Shown piece by piece: positions 51,190 through 60,447 of a DNA stretch of 64,000 bases. The position numbers and the translations under genes were made by a program. Location: positions 6,270 through 70,269 of the forward strand of contig SVIF01000004.1 in NCBI GenBank assembly GCA_015069615.1, written 5' to 3'. Every line of letters starts with the position of its first letter. Position 1 is the stretch's first letter. The notes under the pieces are model-generated. The model did no database searches and was not told the origin of the DNA. It was given only the letters and a program-made list of their open reading frames with translations. The stretch comes from Clostridiales bacterium (GTDB lineage: Bacteria > Bacillota > Clostridia > Christensenellales > Borkfalkiaceae).

Positions 51190-51963
51190 CTACTCCATTG
51201 CGCGTTTTACCGCTTTTAATGCGTTTTTTTCCAGCCTGGATACTTGCGCTTGCGAAATACCGATTTCTTCGGAAATTTCCGTTTGCGTTCGCCCTTCGTA
51301 ATACCGCAAAGATAAAATTCTTTTTTCGCGTGGGGAAAGGGTGGTGATGGCGTCGAACAGCGCGGTGCGTTCCACCCATCGTTCTTCGGTGTTTTTTTCA
51401 TCCCCGATTTGGTCCATCAAAAGTAAGGTGTCCCCCGTTTTGCTGTACACCGAATCGTAAAGCGAAACGGGGTCTGAAATCGCGTCTAATGCGTACAGCA
51501 CTTCGCTAGAAGCTACTTCCATGCGTTTTGCCACCGCTTCAATTCCCGTATCCAAAGCACCTTCGGCTTCCATTTTTTCGCGGGTTTTTAGAATTTGATA
51601 GGCGGTATCGCGGATACTTCTGCTTACCCTAAGGGAATTGCCGTCCCTTAAATGCCGTTTAATTTCCCCGATAATCATGGGAACGGCGTAGGTGGAAAAC
51701 TTTACGCCGAAGGCGGGGTTAAAGTTATCAATGGCCTTCATTAAGCCCACGCAACCCGCTTGAAACAAATCGTCCGCGTTGCCGCGTTTTCCCCAAAAGC
51801 GCTTTACCACCGAAAGCACCAAACGCATATTGCCCACGGTAAATTGTTCGCGGGCGGCTAAATCCCCTTCCTTAATTTTTTGCATGAGTAAAACCATTTC
51901 TTCTTCGGTAAGCTTGGGCAAACGGTTGGTGTCCACCCCGCAAATTTGCACTTTGTACGCCAC
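51190..51963 (-). CDS. sigG: Sporulation sigma factor G
   Basis: 257 aa with VQICGVDTNRLPKLTEEEM, GNMRLVLSVVKRF, sigma-70 regions 2-4, and a GTG start. Confidence 0.9.
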   Translation of the reverse strand: MAYKVQICGVDTNRLPKLTEEEMVLLMQKIKEGDLAAREQFTVGNMRLVLSVVKRFWGKRGNADDLFQAGCVGLMKAIDNFNPAFGVKFSTYAVPMIIGEIKRHLRDGNSLRVSRSIRDTAYQILKTREKMEAEGALDTGIEAVAKRMEVASSEVLYALDAISDPVSLYDSVYSKTGDTLLLMDQIGDEKNTEERWVERTALFDAITTLSPREKRILSLRYYEGRTQTEISEEIGISQAQVSRLEKNALKAVKRAME

Positions 51964-52060
51964 TTTTTTCTCTGCGATTACGGTTCATAGCGAAACGAAT
52001 CCAAACGATATGTACGGCGTAATACTGAATATGCGCGGTATTCCCCTTTTTATACCTACT

Positions 52061-52768
52061 TTAAGCCATTTTGCTAAATTCTTTTTTTAAACGGGATATA
52101 ATTTTTTTTTCCAACCGGGAAATATAGGACTGCGAAATGCCTAATTTATCCGCCACTTCCTTTTGCGTTTTTTCTTCCCCCGTAATTAGTCCGAACCTAA
52201 GTTCCATAATTTCCCGCTCCCGGGCGGAAAGGCGGGATAACGCGCTTTTTAACAGGTCTTTTTCCACTCCCGTTTCAATATCGTGATATACGATATCCCC
52301 TTCGGTGCCGATAACGTCCGAAAGAAGAAGTTCGTTGCCGTCGTAATCCACGTTTAGGGGCTCGTCAAAAGACACGTCCCCCTTGGTTTTTACCGTTTTT
52401 CTAAGATGCATCAAAATTTCGTTTTCAATGCAACGGGAAGCGTAGGTTGCAAGCTTAATTTTTTTATCCGTATCAAAAGTTTCCACCGCTTTCATTAAGC
52501 CAATCGTGCCTATGGAAACCAAATCTTCAATATCCACCCCCGAATTTTCATAGCGACGCGCAATATACACCACCAGCCTTAAATTTCGTTCCACAACCAC
52601 GTCCTTTAGCCACGTTTCCCCTTCGGAAAGACGGGTTAAAACTTCTTTTTCTTCACTTTCAGTGAAGGGTTGCGGTAACGCTTCCTTTCCGCAAAGAAAA
52701 TGCAGGGCGTTTTCGGTAAAACGCTTGCGCTTGAAAAATTGGATGATTTTTTGAATGAGTTTTCGCAT
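52061..52768 (-). CDS. sigE: Sporulation sigma factor E precursor (pro-sigmaE)
   Basis: 235 aa with an N-terminal pro-sequence followed by [36 protein letters not shown]. Confidence 0.9.
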   Translation of the reverse strand: MRKLIQKIIQFFKRKRFTENALHFLCGKEALPQPFTESEEKEVLTRLSEGETWLKDVVVERNLRLVVYIARRYENSGVDIEDLVSIGTIGLMKAVETFDTDKKIKLATYASRCIENEILMHLRKTVKTKGDVSFDEPLNVDYDGNELLLSDVIGTEGDIVYHDIETGVEKDLLKSALSRLSAREREIMELRFGLITGEEKTQKEVADKLGISQSYISRLEKKIISRLKKEFSKMA

Positions 52769-52791
52769 ATTCTTCCCCCCTTATTTGCTTT

Positions 52792-53595
52792 TTATACGGC
52801 GGGTACAACCGTTTCCGTTTGGGTTAAGGCTTCCGCACCCAGCAAAACTTCGCACTCCGCGGTAGGCAAAGGCGTTTTGGTTAGTAAGGCGTACCCCCCG
52901 ACCATGGTTTGCGTTTTTCCGTTTGCAGTTATCGTGGCGAATACAAGCGGAAGTATAGGGCTTTGACTTTCCCCCATCGCCGTTTGCACCGTGTAATATC
53001 GCAGTTTTTCACCCGGGCGGTATAACAAAGCAAACACACGGGGGCTTACTGCAAACACGGGCTTACCACTATGCGTCATACGGTTACCCGTATCTAAAAA
53101 TCCACGTGCCTGGGCCCTCCCACTCTTAGATTGTAAGGTAACCGCGTAATATAGGGCGGGTACGCCGTTTAGTTTTTTGCCCGCGTGGAACGCCCCGTAG
53201 CACAAACGGAACATCAAATATCCTAAAGGTAATAAAAGAAAGGCGTGCAATCTGTTTGCGGGAAGGTTGCATAAACCTAAAAGCCCGCTTACCGCACCAC
53301 CAAGCAAAAAGGTATACCCAAAAAAGGTAACGTACGAAAGCAAAAACCGTTTTCCGCCCCGCGTTTTCATTCCGCATTTGGAAATGAGCGCCCCCACCAT
53401 CGTTTTTAAAACAAGCAGTTTAACTCCCCCAAAGGGAAGTAAGGGGCTAATGGTTGCAAAGATTGCGCCCATCCCTGCCCCCAAACATAAACGCAAAACA
53501 CTTTTTGGGGCACGAACCGAACGCGCGCTTGCGGATAACACCGCGGCGTCTATCACGAAGTTATTTAAAAATACCGTTTCGGCGTATACGACCAT
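52792..53595 (-). CDS. spoIIGA: Sigma-E processing peptidase SpoIIGA
   Basis: Starts MVVYAETVFLNNFVIDAAVL, is polytopic, and has the aspartic protease motif FLDTGN. A GGGGGTG RBS precedes ATG 53595. Confidence 0.85.
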   Translation of the reverse strand: MVVYAETVFLNNFVIDAAVLSASARSVRAPKSVLRLCLGAGMGAIFATISPLLPFGGVKLLVLKTMVGALISKCGMKTRGGKRFLLSYVTFFGYTFLLGGAVSGLLGLCNLPANRLHAFLLLPLGYLMFRLCYGAFHAGKKLNGVPALYYAVTLQSKSGRAQARGFLDTGNRMTHSGKPVFAVSPRVFALLYRPGEKLRYYTVQTAMGESQSPILPLVFATITANGKTQTMVGGYALLTKTPLPTAECEVLLGAEALTQTETVVPAV

Positions 53596-53714
53596 ACCGT
53601 TCACCCCCGCAAAAATAGCGTAAGGTTATCCTACCATATGCAAGCGGGGCGGAAAAAAGAAAAAAAAGGGGAAAAAAGCCCCTTTTTGTTTGTAAATTTT
53701 TTATACAATAAAAA

Positions 53715-53740
53715 CCGCGCCCGCATTTTTGCGGGCGCGG
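53715..53740 (-). terminator. Terminator downstream of the membrane protein gene
   Basis: ccgcgcccgc attttt gcgggcgcgg, followed on the minus strand by UUUUUAUU. Confidence 0.6.
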
Positions 53741-53752
53741 AAACAGAATATT

Positions 53753-54766
53753 TTAATTAAACAGATTTACGAAGAAATCCTTTACGTAAGTGGTTGGGAA
53801 CATATCCCCCAGCATAAACAGAACGGTGGCAAACACGGTAATCCCGATGCAAAGCCACATAAAGCGGCTGGGCTTTTCCTTATACAAAATCAGCGCAAGC
53901 AAGGTGGAGAACACGATGGTACCGCCCGACGTAATGGGGTAAAGCACAGAGGAAGGAACTTTATCCGCGCAGTATTGTTGCAAAAGGTTTGCAACGCGCG
54001 AAATAATAGCGTAACCGAACAACGCGATCAGCGCCCATTTCTTGGTAATGAGTTTTAGCGAGCCGAGTTCTTCGTTCCTAACTTCCTTCTTTCTAAAGAA
54101 CACGCTAAAGAACACCAACAAAGCAACGCCCGCGGTGCAAAGCCCTTGCAACGCCATATAATCGTACAAGGGGGAAACTTTCCAACCCCAAATTTTGGGC
54201 GCGTTGCCTTGAATAGAACCAAGCACGCTGGTCATACCGTTTAAGAAGAACGCAACGAACGAAAGAATTAATAAAGCCACAAGGGTGCTTCTAAGGCGTT
54301 TTTCCGCTTTTACTTGCCCTTCCGCCTTTTCTTCGTGCGCCGAAGATTTATCAAAGGAGGACATAATCAGCGAGCCCGTTAAAACGATAAGACCTAACAG
54401 TTTTAAGTCCGAAAGCACTTCGCTGTACATAATGATGCCGAAAATATAGGGAAGCATCATACCGCCCAGCATCATAAATACGCTGTAAAAAGACACTTTA
54501 CCGTAAGAAAGAATCGCAATGGAGTTAATGGTGGAAAGTACCCCTACAATGGCTACCGCCAAGGAAACCAAAAAGGAAACCAAGGTAAATTCCAACGTAA
54601 AGCCGGACATGATGAAAAACAACAAAAAAGAGGTTATTCCCATACAAATAGAAAAGACCATGCTAGAAGTCATATTCTTTTGGGTATGCTTTTGATACAG
54701 TTTCATCATGCAGAACTGACCGGCAAAGCCAAGTGCTGCTAAAACCGCGATTACGTAATTTATCAT
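53753..54766 (-). CDS. Polytopic (about 10 TM) membrane protein, possibly a DMT/EamA-like transporter
   Basis: 337 aa from MINYVIAVLAALGFAG. It has two 5-TM halves separated by a charged loop. AGGGAG RBS. Confidence 0.45.
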   Translation of the reverse strand: MINYVIAVLAALGFAGQFCMMKLYQKHTQKNMTSSMVFSICMGITSFLLFFIMSGFTLEFTLVSFLVSLAVAIVGVLSTINSIAILSYGKVSFYSVFMMLGGMMLPYIFGIIMYSEVLSDLKLLGLIVLTGSLIMSSFDKSSAHEEKAEGQVKAEKRLRSTLVALLILSFVAFFLNGMTSVLGSIQGNAPKIWGWKVSPLYDYMALQGLCTAGVALLVFFSVFFRKKEVRNEELGSLKLITKKWALIALFGYAIISRVANLLQQYCADKVPSSVLYPITSGGTIVFSTLLALILYKEKPSRFMWLCIGITVFATVLFMLGDMFPTTYVKDFFVNLFN

Positions 54767-54967
54767 ATCGCTTTCTCCCTGCTCCACATTTTTACGCGTG
54801 GCACAAATGAAAGTATATTTTATTTTATAAAATAAGTCAATGGTTTTTTAATCTTTTTTCAAAAAATAGAAAAAAGACTTTTTTTATATGGATTTTTTCC
54901 CGTTTTTTCTTGCTTGCGCCAGCAAAACCACTTAGTAAGTGCAACGCGTGAAAAATTAAAGAAAAAA

Positions 54968-54995
54968 CCGCCCTTTTGCGTAATGCAAAGGGCGG
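54968..54995 (-). terminator. Terminator downstream of valS
   Basis: ccgcccttttgc / gcaaagggcgg, followed on the minus strand by UUUUUUCUUU. Confidence 0.6.
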
Positions 54996-55008
54996 TGTAA
55001 AATAAGAA

Positions 55009-57633
55009 TTACAGTTCTAATAAACTTGCTTTTAATTTTTCAAGTAATTCGGTATATTTTTCAATTTTTTGCTTTTCTGCGTCTACCAAATTCTTGGGTG
55101 CTTTCGCCATAAAGCCTGCGTTGTTCAGTTTGCCGTTTGCACGGGCAATTTCCCCTTCCGCGCGGGTAATTTCGGCGGTGATGCGGGCGCGTTCCTGTTC
55201 TACGTCCACCAAGTCCCCCATGGAAATATATAGTTCTGCTAAGGGGGTTACCATGGACGCGGTACGTTCGGTAAGTTCTTCCTTGCTTGCAAGATAGGTT
55301 ACTTCCCCAACGCCTGCCAAACGGATTAAATATTCTTTTGCGTTTTCCATCGCGCGTTTTTTATCCGTTACGATAAATACGCTCAGTTTTTTAGAAGGAA
55401 CTACGTTGTAGCGTGCGCGTAGGTCGCGAATACCGCGAATCATATCCATTACGCTTTCCATAGTTGCCGCATCCTTTTTCAGCGCGGGTTTCGCCACGTA
55501 CTTGGGATATTCCTGAAGCATAATCGTGCCCTTGGTTTTGGGAAGATTTTGATAAATTTCTTCGGTAACGAAGGGAATAAAGGGGTGCAACAGTTTTAAG
55601 GTTTCGCGCAGTACGTGAACGAGAACGCTGCAAGTTGCAACGCGTTTTTCATTATCATCCCCATATAAAGCGGGTTTGGTAAGTTCAATGTACCAGTCGC
55701 AGAAATCGCTCCAAACAAAATCGTAAAGTTTCGCGCAAGCGTTTCCAAGTTCGTACTTGTTCATGTTCAAAATTACGGTTTTTGCGGTTTCGTTTAAGCG
55801 TTGCAAAATCCATTTATCCGCCATGGAAAGTTTGATATCCGCAATATCTTTTAACTTTACCTTTTCGGCGTTCATCATAACGAAGCGCGAAGCGTTCCAA
55901 ATTTTGTTCATGAAGTTACGGCAACCTTCTAACTTCTTTTCGGAAACGCGGGTATCACCGCCCGCAGCAATGCCGTTTAAAAGGGAGAAACGCAAGGTGT
56001 CCGCGCCGTATTTAGAAATTACTTCTAACGGATCAATACCATTACCAAGGGACTTACTCATTTTTCTTCCCTGTTCGTCGCGAACGATACCGTGAATCAG
56101 TACGTCCTTAAAGGGAATATGCCCCATATGTTCAATACCGCTGAATATCATACGCGCTACCCAGAAGAAGATAATGTCGTACGCGGTAACCAAAACGTTG
56201 GTGGGATAGAAATATTTCAAATCTTCGGTTTCTTCGGGGAAACCTAACGTGGAGAAAGGCCAAAGTGCCGAACTAAACCAAGTATCCAACACGTCATCGT
56301 CCTGCTTAATATGCGTTCCGCCACACTTAGGACAAACGGTAATATCTTCCTTGGAAACGGTCATTTCCCCACAGGTTTCGCAAGTGTACGCGGGAATACG
56401 GTGCCCCCACCAAAGTTGACGGGAAATACACCAGTCCTTAATGTTTTCCATCCAGTTGTAGTAAATTTTCGAGAATCGATCGGGAACGAACTTCAAACTC
56501 TTTTTCTTAACCACCGAAATAGCGGGGGTTGCAAGAGGTTGCATTTTTACGAACCATTGCTTACTTACAATGGGTTCTACGCTACTGTGGCAACGATAAC
56601 AATGCCCAACGTTGTGTACGTGCGGTTCAATTTTTTCTAATGCCCCCGCCGCTTTCAAATCTTCCACCAACTTTTTACGGCAATCGTAACGGTCCATCCC
56701 TTGGTATTCACCGCATTTTTCGTTCATGGTGCCGTCGTCGTTCATAACGCGGATCATTTCCAAACGGTGGCGAAGACCCACTTCAAAGTCGTTCGGGTCG
56801 TGCGCGGGGGTGATTTTTACCGCACCCGTACCAAATTCCATATCTACGTAAGAATCCGCAACTACGGGAATAGGTTTATTGATTAAAGGCAAAATTACGT
56901 TTTTGCCCACGATATCTTTATATCTAGGATCTTTGGGATTTACTGCAACCGCCGTATCCCCAAAATACGTTTCGGGACGGGTGGTTGCTACTACCAAATA
57001 CCCGCTACCGTCTTCGTAAGCGTAACGAAGGTGCCAAAAATTAGACGCATCCTCACTGTATTCCACTTCTGCATCCGAAAGGGCGGTTTTACAGTCCGGA
57101 CACCAGTTGATGATACGATTGCCTTGGTAAATTAAGCCCTTTTCGTAAAGGTTTACGAAAACTTCCTTTACCGCCCTGCTACAACGGTCGTCCATCGTGA
57201 ACGCTTTTCTGGACCAGTCGCAAGAAGAGCCTAAGCGGCGTATTTGTTCCTCAATACGATTGCCGTACTTATTCTTCCAGTCCCAAGCGCGCTGTAAAAA
57301 CCCTTCGCGACCTACTTCTTCCTTGGTTAAACCTTCTTCTTCCTTAATTTTTTGCACTACTTTTACTTCGGTGGCGATGGAAGCGTGGTCCACCCCGGGT
57401 AGCCACAAACAAGCGTAACCTTGCATACGTTTGAAACGAATCAGTGCGTCTTGCACGGTTTGGTTTAGCGCGTGCCCCATGTGTAATTGCCCCGTGATGT
57501 TTGGCGGAGGCATAACGATGGTGTACGGCAGTTTATTTTTATCGGGTTTTGCCGTAAAATATCCCTTTTCTTCCCACTCACGGTAAATGCGTTCTTCAAA
57601 TTCCGAAGGGGTGTAGGTTTTTGCCATATCCAT
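55009..57633 (-). CDS. valS: Valine--tRNA ligase
   Basis: 874 aa with PPPNITGQLHMGH (HIGH), KMSKS and a C-terminal coiled coil. Confidence 0.95.
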   Translation of the reverse strand: MDMAKTYTPSEFEERIYREWEEKGYFTAKPDKNKLPYTIVMPPPNITGQLHMGHALNQTVQDALIRFKRMQGYACLWLPGVDHASIATEVKVVQKIKEEEGLTKEEVGREGFLQRAWDWKNKYGNRIEEQIRRLGSSCDWSRKAFTMDDRCSRAVKEVFVNLYEKGLIYQGNRIINWCPDCKTALSDAEVEYSEDASNFWHLRYAYEDGSGYLVVATTRPETYFGDTAVAVNPKDPRYKDIVGKNVILPLINKPIPVVADSYVDMEFGTGAVKITPAHDPNDFEVGLRHRLEMIRVMNDDGTMNEKCGEYQGMDRYDCRKKLVEDLKAAGALEKIEPHVHNVGHCYRCHSSVEPIVSKQWFVKMQPLATPAISVVKKKSLKFVPDRFSKIYYNWMENIKDWCISRQLWWGHRIPAYTCETCGEMTVSKEDITVCPKCGGTHIKQDDDVLDTWFSSALWPFSTLGFPEETEDLKYFYPTNVLVTAYDIIFFWVARMIFSGIEHMGHIPFKDVLIHGIVRDEQGRKMSKSLGNGIDPLEVISKYGADTLRFSLLNGIAAGGDTRVSEKKLEGCRNFMNKIWNASRFVMMNAEKVKLKDIADIKLSMADKWILQRLNETAKTVILNMNKYELGNACAKLYDFVWSDFCDWYIELTKPALYGDDNEKRVATCSVLVHVLRETLKLLHPFIPFVTEEIYQNLPKTKGTIMLQEYPKYVAKPALKKDAATMESVMDMIRGIRDLRARYNVVPSKKLSVFIVTDKKRAMENAKEYLIRLAGVGEVTYLASKEELTERTASMVTPLAELYISMGDLVDVEQERARITAEITRAEGEIARANGKLNNAGFMAKAPKNLVDAEKQKIEKYTELLEKLKASLLEL

Positions 57634-57721
57634 AGTGCTTTACTCTCCTAAAATTTCAGTAAAAACAAAAACAGTCTATCAAAAATGCGTGTACCAAAAA
57701 GTATAGCATTTTTTCCTTTCG

Positions 57722-57751
57722 TTGTCAACCGCCTTACGCCGAACATAGAAT
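57722..57751 (+). promoter_or_regulatory. SigmaA-type promoter of the ABC transporter operon
   Basis: TTGTCA-18 nt-TAGAAT. Confidence 0.45.
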
Positions 57752-57783
57752 ATATTATCAATTTTTTTTGGAGTGAACCTAAA

Positions 57784-58788
57784 ATGAAACGATTTTTTGG
57801 TATTGTGTTAACCTTTTTTATGCTAATCGTTCCCCTTTCCGCTTGCGGAAAGGCGGAAAACGGTACCACCGTAAAACTTTGTGAAGTTACCCATTCGGTG
57901 TTCTACGCCCCCCTATACTACGCGATAAACGCGGGATATTTTTCCGAAGAAGGGATTACCGTAGAGCTTACCAACGGCGGGGGCGCGGATAAATGCATGA
58001 CCGCCCTGCTTTCGGGGGATGCGGACGTTGGGTTTATGGGGCCCGAAAGCGCCATTTACGTATACGAAGCGGGTAAAAGCGACTACGCGCAAGTATTTGG
58101 TCAGTTGACTAAAAGGGACGGCAGTTTTTTAGTTTCGCGCAAGGCGGAACCCGATTTTAAATGGACGGATTTAGAAGGAAAAACGGTGATTGCGGGACGG
58201 CGCGGAGGCGTACCGGCCATGACCTTTGAATACGTTTGCAAAAATAACGGACTGATTAACGGCAGTAACGTAAACCTGAATTTGGACGTAGCCTTTAACA
58301 TGATGGCGGGCGCGTTTGAAGGGGGGCAAGGGGATTACGTTACCCTGTTTGAACCCACCGCAAGCGAATTTGAAGCCGCAGGCAAAGGGCATATCGTGGC
58401 AAGCGTGGGTGCAGAAAGCGGTGAAATTCCCTATACTTGCTTTATTGCCAAGAAAAGTTGGCTAAAAACACAAGAAAAAACGGCGGAAAAATTCCTTCGC
58501 GCTATCTACCGCGCCATTTCGGATATGCAAACCAAATCTTCTATGGAAATTGCACAAAAATTGGCACCTTCCTTTGCCGGTACGGAGGTAAATTCTTTAA
58601 AAATAGCGGTGGAAAGTTATTTAGCCATTGACGCGTGGTGCCAAAATATGGCAATGACTGAATCTTCCTTTATTCGCTTACAAACGGTAATGATGAGCGC
58701 GGGGGAACTTGACGAATACACCTCTTATAGCGCGATTACGAATAATACTTTAGCGGAAAAACTGTACGCGGAGTTCTTCCCCGCATAA
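57784..58788 (+). CDS. ABC transporter substrate-binding lipoprotein, NMT1/THI5 (NitT/TauT) type
   Basis: Starts MKRFFGIVLTFFMLIVPLSAC (lipobox). The body is NMT1-like. GGAG RBS. Confidence 0.7.
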   Translation: MKRFFGIVLTFFMLIVPLSACGKAENGTTVKLCEVTHSVFYAPLYYAINAGYFSEEGITVELTNGGGADKCMTALLSGDADVGFMGPESAIYVYEAGKSDYAQVFGQLTKRDGSFLVSRKAEPDFKWTDLEGKTVIAGRRGGVPAMTFEYVCKNNGLINGSNVNLNLDVAFNMMAGAFEGGQGDYVTLFEPTASEFEAAGKGHIVASVGAESGEIPYTCFIAKKSWLKTQEKTAEKFLRAIYRAISDMQTKSSMEIAQKLAPSFAGTEVNSLKIAVESYLAIDAWCQNMAMTESSFIRLQTVMMSAGELDEYTSYSAITNNTLAEKLYAEFFPA

Positions 58789-58820
58789 ACGAAAAAAAAT
58801 GAAAACACAGGGGAAAAAGT

Positions 58821-59576
58821 ATGAAAGAACTGATGAAGATGGAGGGGGTTTCCCTAACCTACCACACGAAAACCAGCGAAACGGAAGCGCTAAAAGACTT
58901 AAACTTTTCTTTGTTTGAAGGGGAGTTCGTAGCCATTGTGGGGCCTTCGGGGTGCGGAAAAACTTCCGTACTTTCGGTGATTGCGGGGCTACTTACCCCC
59001 ACCGAAGGGGAAATTTCTTTTCCCCTTAAAGGGGAAAGTAAGAATTATATCGGTTATATGTTACAAAAGGATGAACTGTTTCCCTGGCGTACCATATGGA
59101 AAAACGTAATCCTACCTTTAGAAATTAAAGGTGCAAAAACCCAAGAAAATTTAAGTTACGTTACCGAGCTACTGAAAAAATATGGGCTGTACGATTTTAA
59201 AAGTTTCTTCCCTTCCCAGCTTTCGGGCGGGATGAAACAACGGGCGGCGCTAATTCGCACCCTTTCCTTACGCCCCGAACTTTTACTGTTAGACGAACCT
59301 TTTTCCGCCTTAGACTACCAAACCCGTTTAAGCGTGTGCGACGACGTGTACGGCATTATCAAAAGCGAAAATTTGGCGGCGTTACTCGTTACCCACGATA
59401 TCGGGGAAGCCATTTCTACCGCAGACCGCATTATCGTTCTTTCGGGTAGACCTGCGCGCATTAAAAACGTATATACGTTAGATCAGCCCCAAAATCTTTC
59501 CCCCTTACAACGGCGGGAAACCCCGCAAAATAAGCGGTTCTTTGACCTTATTTGGAAGGAGTTACACGAAGGATGA
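58821..59576 (+). CDS. ABC transporter ATP-binding protein (NitT/TauT family)
   Basis: Walker A GPSGCGKTS, signature LSGGMKQR, Walker B LLLLDEP. Confidence 0.85.
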   Translation: MKELMKMEGVSLTYHTKTSETEALKDLNFSLFEGEFVAIVGPSGCGKTSVLSVIAGLLTPTEGEISFPLKGESKNYIGYMLQKDELFPWRTIWKNVILPLEIKGAKTQENLSYVTELLKKYGLYDFKSFFPSQLSGGMKQRAALIRTLSLRPELLLLDEPFSALDYQTRLSVCDDVYGIIKSENLAALLVTHDIGEAISTADRIIVLSGRPARIKNVYTLDQPQNLSPLQRRETPQNKRFFDLIWKELHEG

Positions 59577-60388
59577 AACGGAAAAATGAAAACGTAAGTA
59601 AACAGCACGCTTTGTTTTTAAAAGCGCAGAAAAAGAAAAGCGCCGTGATTACCCTTTGCCGTATCGGATTTTTACTTCTTTTAGTCGCCCTTTGGGAAGT
59701 GTTTACCCGTATCGGCGTGATGGATGCATTCATCACCAGTAGCCCCACGCGAATTTTATCCACTATGAAAAGTCTGTTTTCCGAACAAGGATATTTAACG
59801 CATATCGGGGTTACCTTGTACGAAACGCTGTTAGGTTTTGCGGTTGCTACCCTGCTTGGCACTGTGATTGCCGTTGGGCTTTGGTGGTCCGAAAGTTTAA
59901 AACGAATTTTTGAACCTTATTTAGTTGTACTAAACAGTTTACCCAAAATTGCGCTTGGCCCCGTAATTATCGTATGGTTTGGCACGGGGATGAAGTCTAT
60001 CGTGTTTATGACCGTTTTAGTAACGGTAATCGTTACCGTAATGACGATGCAAAACGGGTTTAGTGAAGTGGACGAAGGAAAAGTATTTTTGATGCGTTCG
60101 CTTGGCGCGAAAAAAGGGCAAATTTTTACTAAATTAGTTGCACCCGCAGCGTTGCCTTCCTTTATATCCATGTTGAAAATTAACGTGGGAATGAGCTGGA
60201 TTGGCTCTATTATGGGGGAATATTTGGCAAGCCGAGCAGGCCTTGGATATCTGATCGTTTACGGCGGGCAGGTATTTAAGTTGGACCTTGTTATGGCTGC
60301 AACCGTTACCCTTTGCGTTTTAGCGGGCGGTATGTACTTTTTAGTTGCGGGATTAGAAAAAGTTTTGCTAAAAAAAATTGGGAAATAA
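59573..60388 (+). CDS. ABC transporter permease (NitT/TauT family)
   Basis: ATGA overlap with the ATPase stop. Six TM helices and an EAA-like loop (SLGAKKGQIFTKLVAPAALP). Confidence 0.8.
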   Translation: MKRKNENVSKQHALFLKAQKKKSAVITLCRIGFLLLLVALWEVFTRIGVMDAFITSSPTRILSTMKSLFSEQGYLTHIGVTLYETLLGFAVATLLGTVIAVGLWWSESLKRIFEPYLVVLNSLPKIALGPVIIVWFGTGMKSIVFMTVLVTVIVTVMTMQNGFSEVDEGKVFLMRSLGAKKGQIFTKLVAPAALPSFISMLKINVGMSWIGSIMGEYLASRAGLGYLIVYGGQVFKLDLVMAATVTLCVLAGGMYFLVAGLEKVLLKKIGK

Positions 60389-60406
60389 CTGGTTTAAATG
60401 AAGAAA

Positions 60407-60424
60407 ACCGCCCCTGGGGGCGGT
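60407..60424. terminator. Bidirectional terminator (ABC operon / LtaS-like gene)
   Basis: accgcccc tg ggggcggt followed by ttttttt. Confidence 0.65.
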
Positions 60425-60447
60425 TTTTTTGGTTAATCCGTTTTCGT

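Noticed and set aside
51964-52060. SigmaF/sigmaG-type promoter upstream of sigG.
   Set aside because: GCATA and CATAT-like elements are present, but neither spacing nor the -10 (CATnnTA) fits the consensus convincingly.
53605-53665. Spo0A-dependent spoIIG-type promoter (TTGCAT with a long spacer, then TATTTT) upstream of spoIIGA.
   Set aside because: The hexamers are weak, I could not identify 0A boxes (TGTCGAA) with confidence, and the spacing was ambiguous.
57634-57783. Expected T-box leader upstream of valS, and THI-box upstream of the NMT1/THI5-type binding protein.
   Set aside because: The shared spacer is only ~150 nt. It contains no specifier-loop/T-box (AATTAGGGTGGTACCGCG-like) sequence and no TPP-riboswitch core (CTGAGA...ACCTGA).
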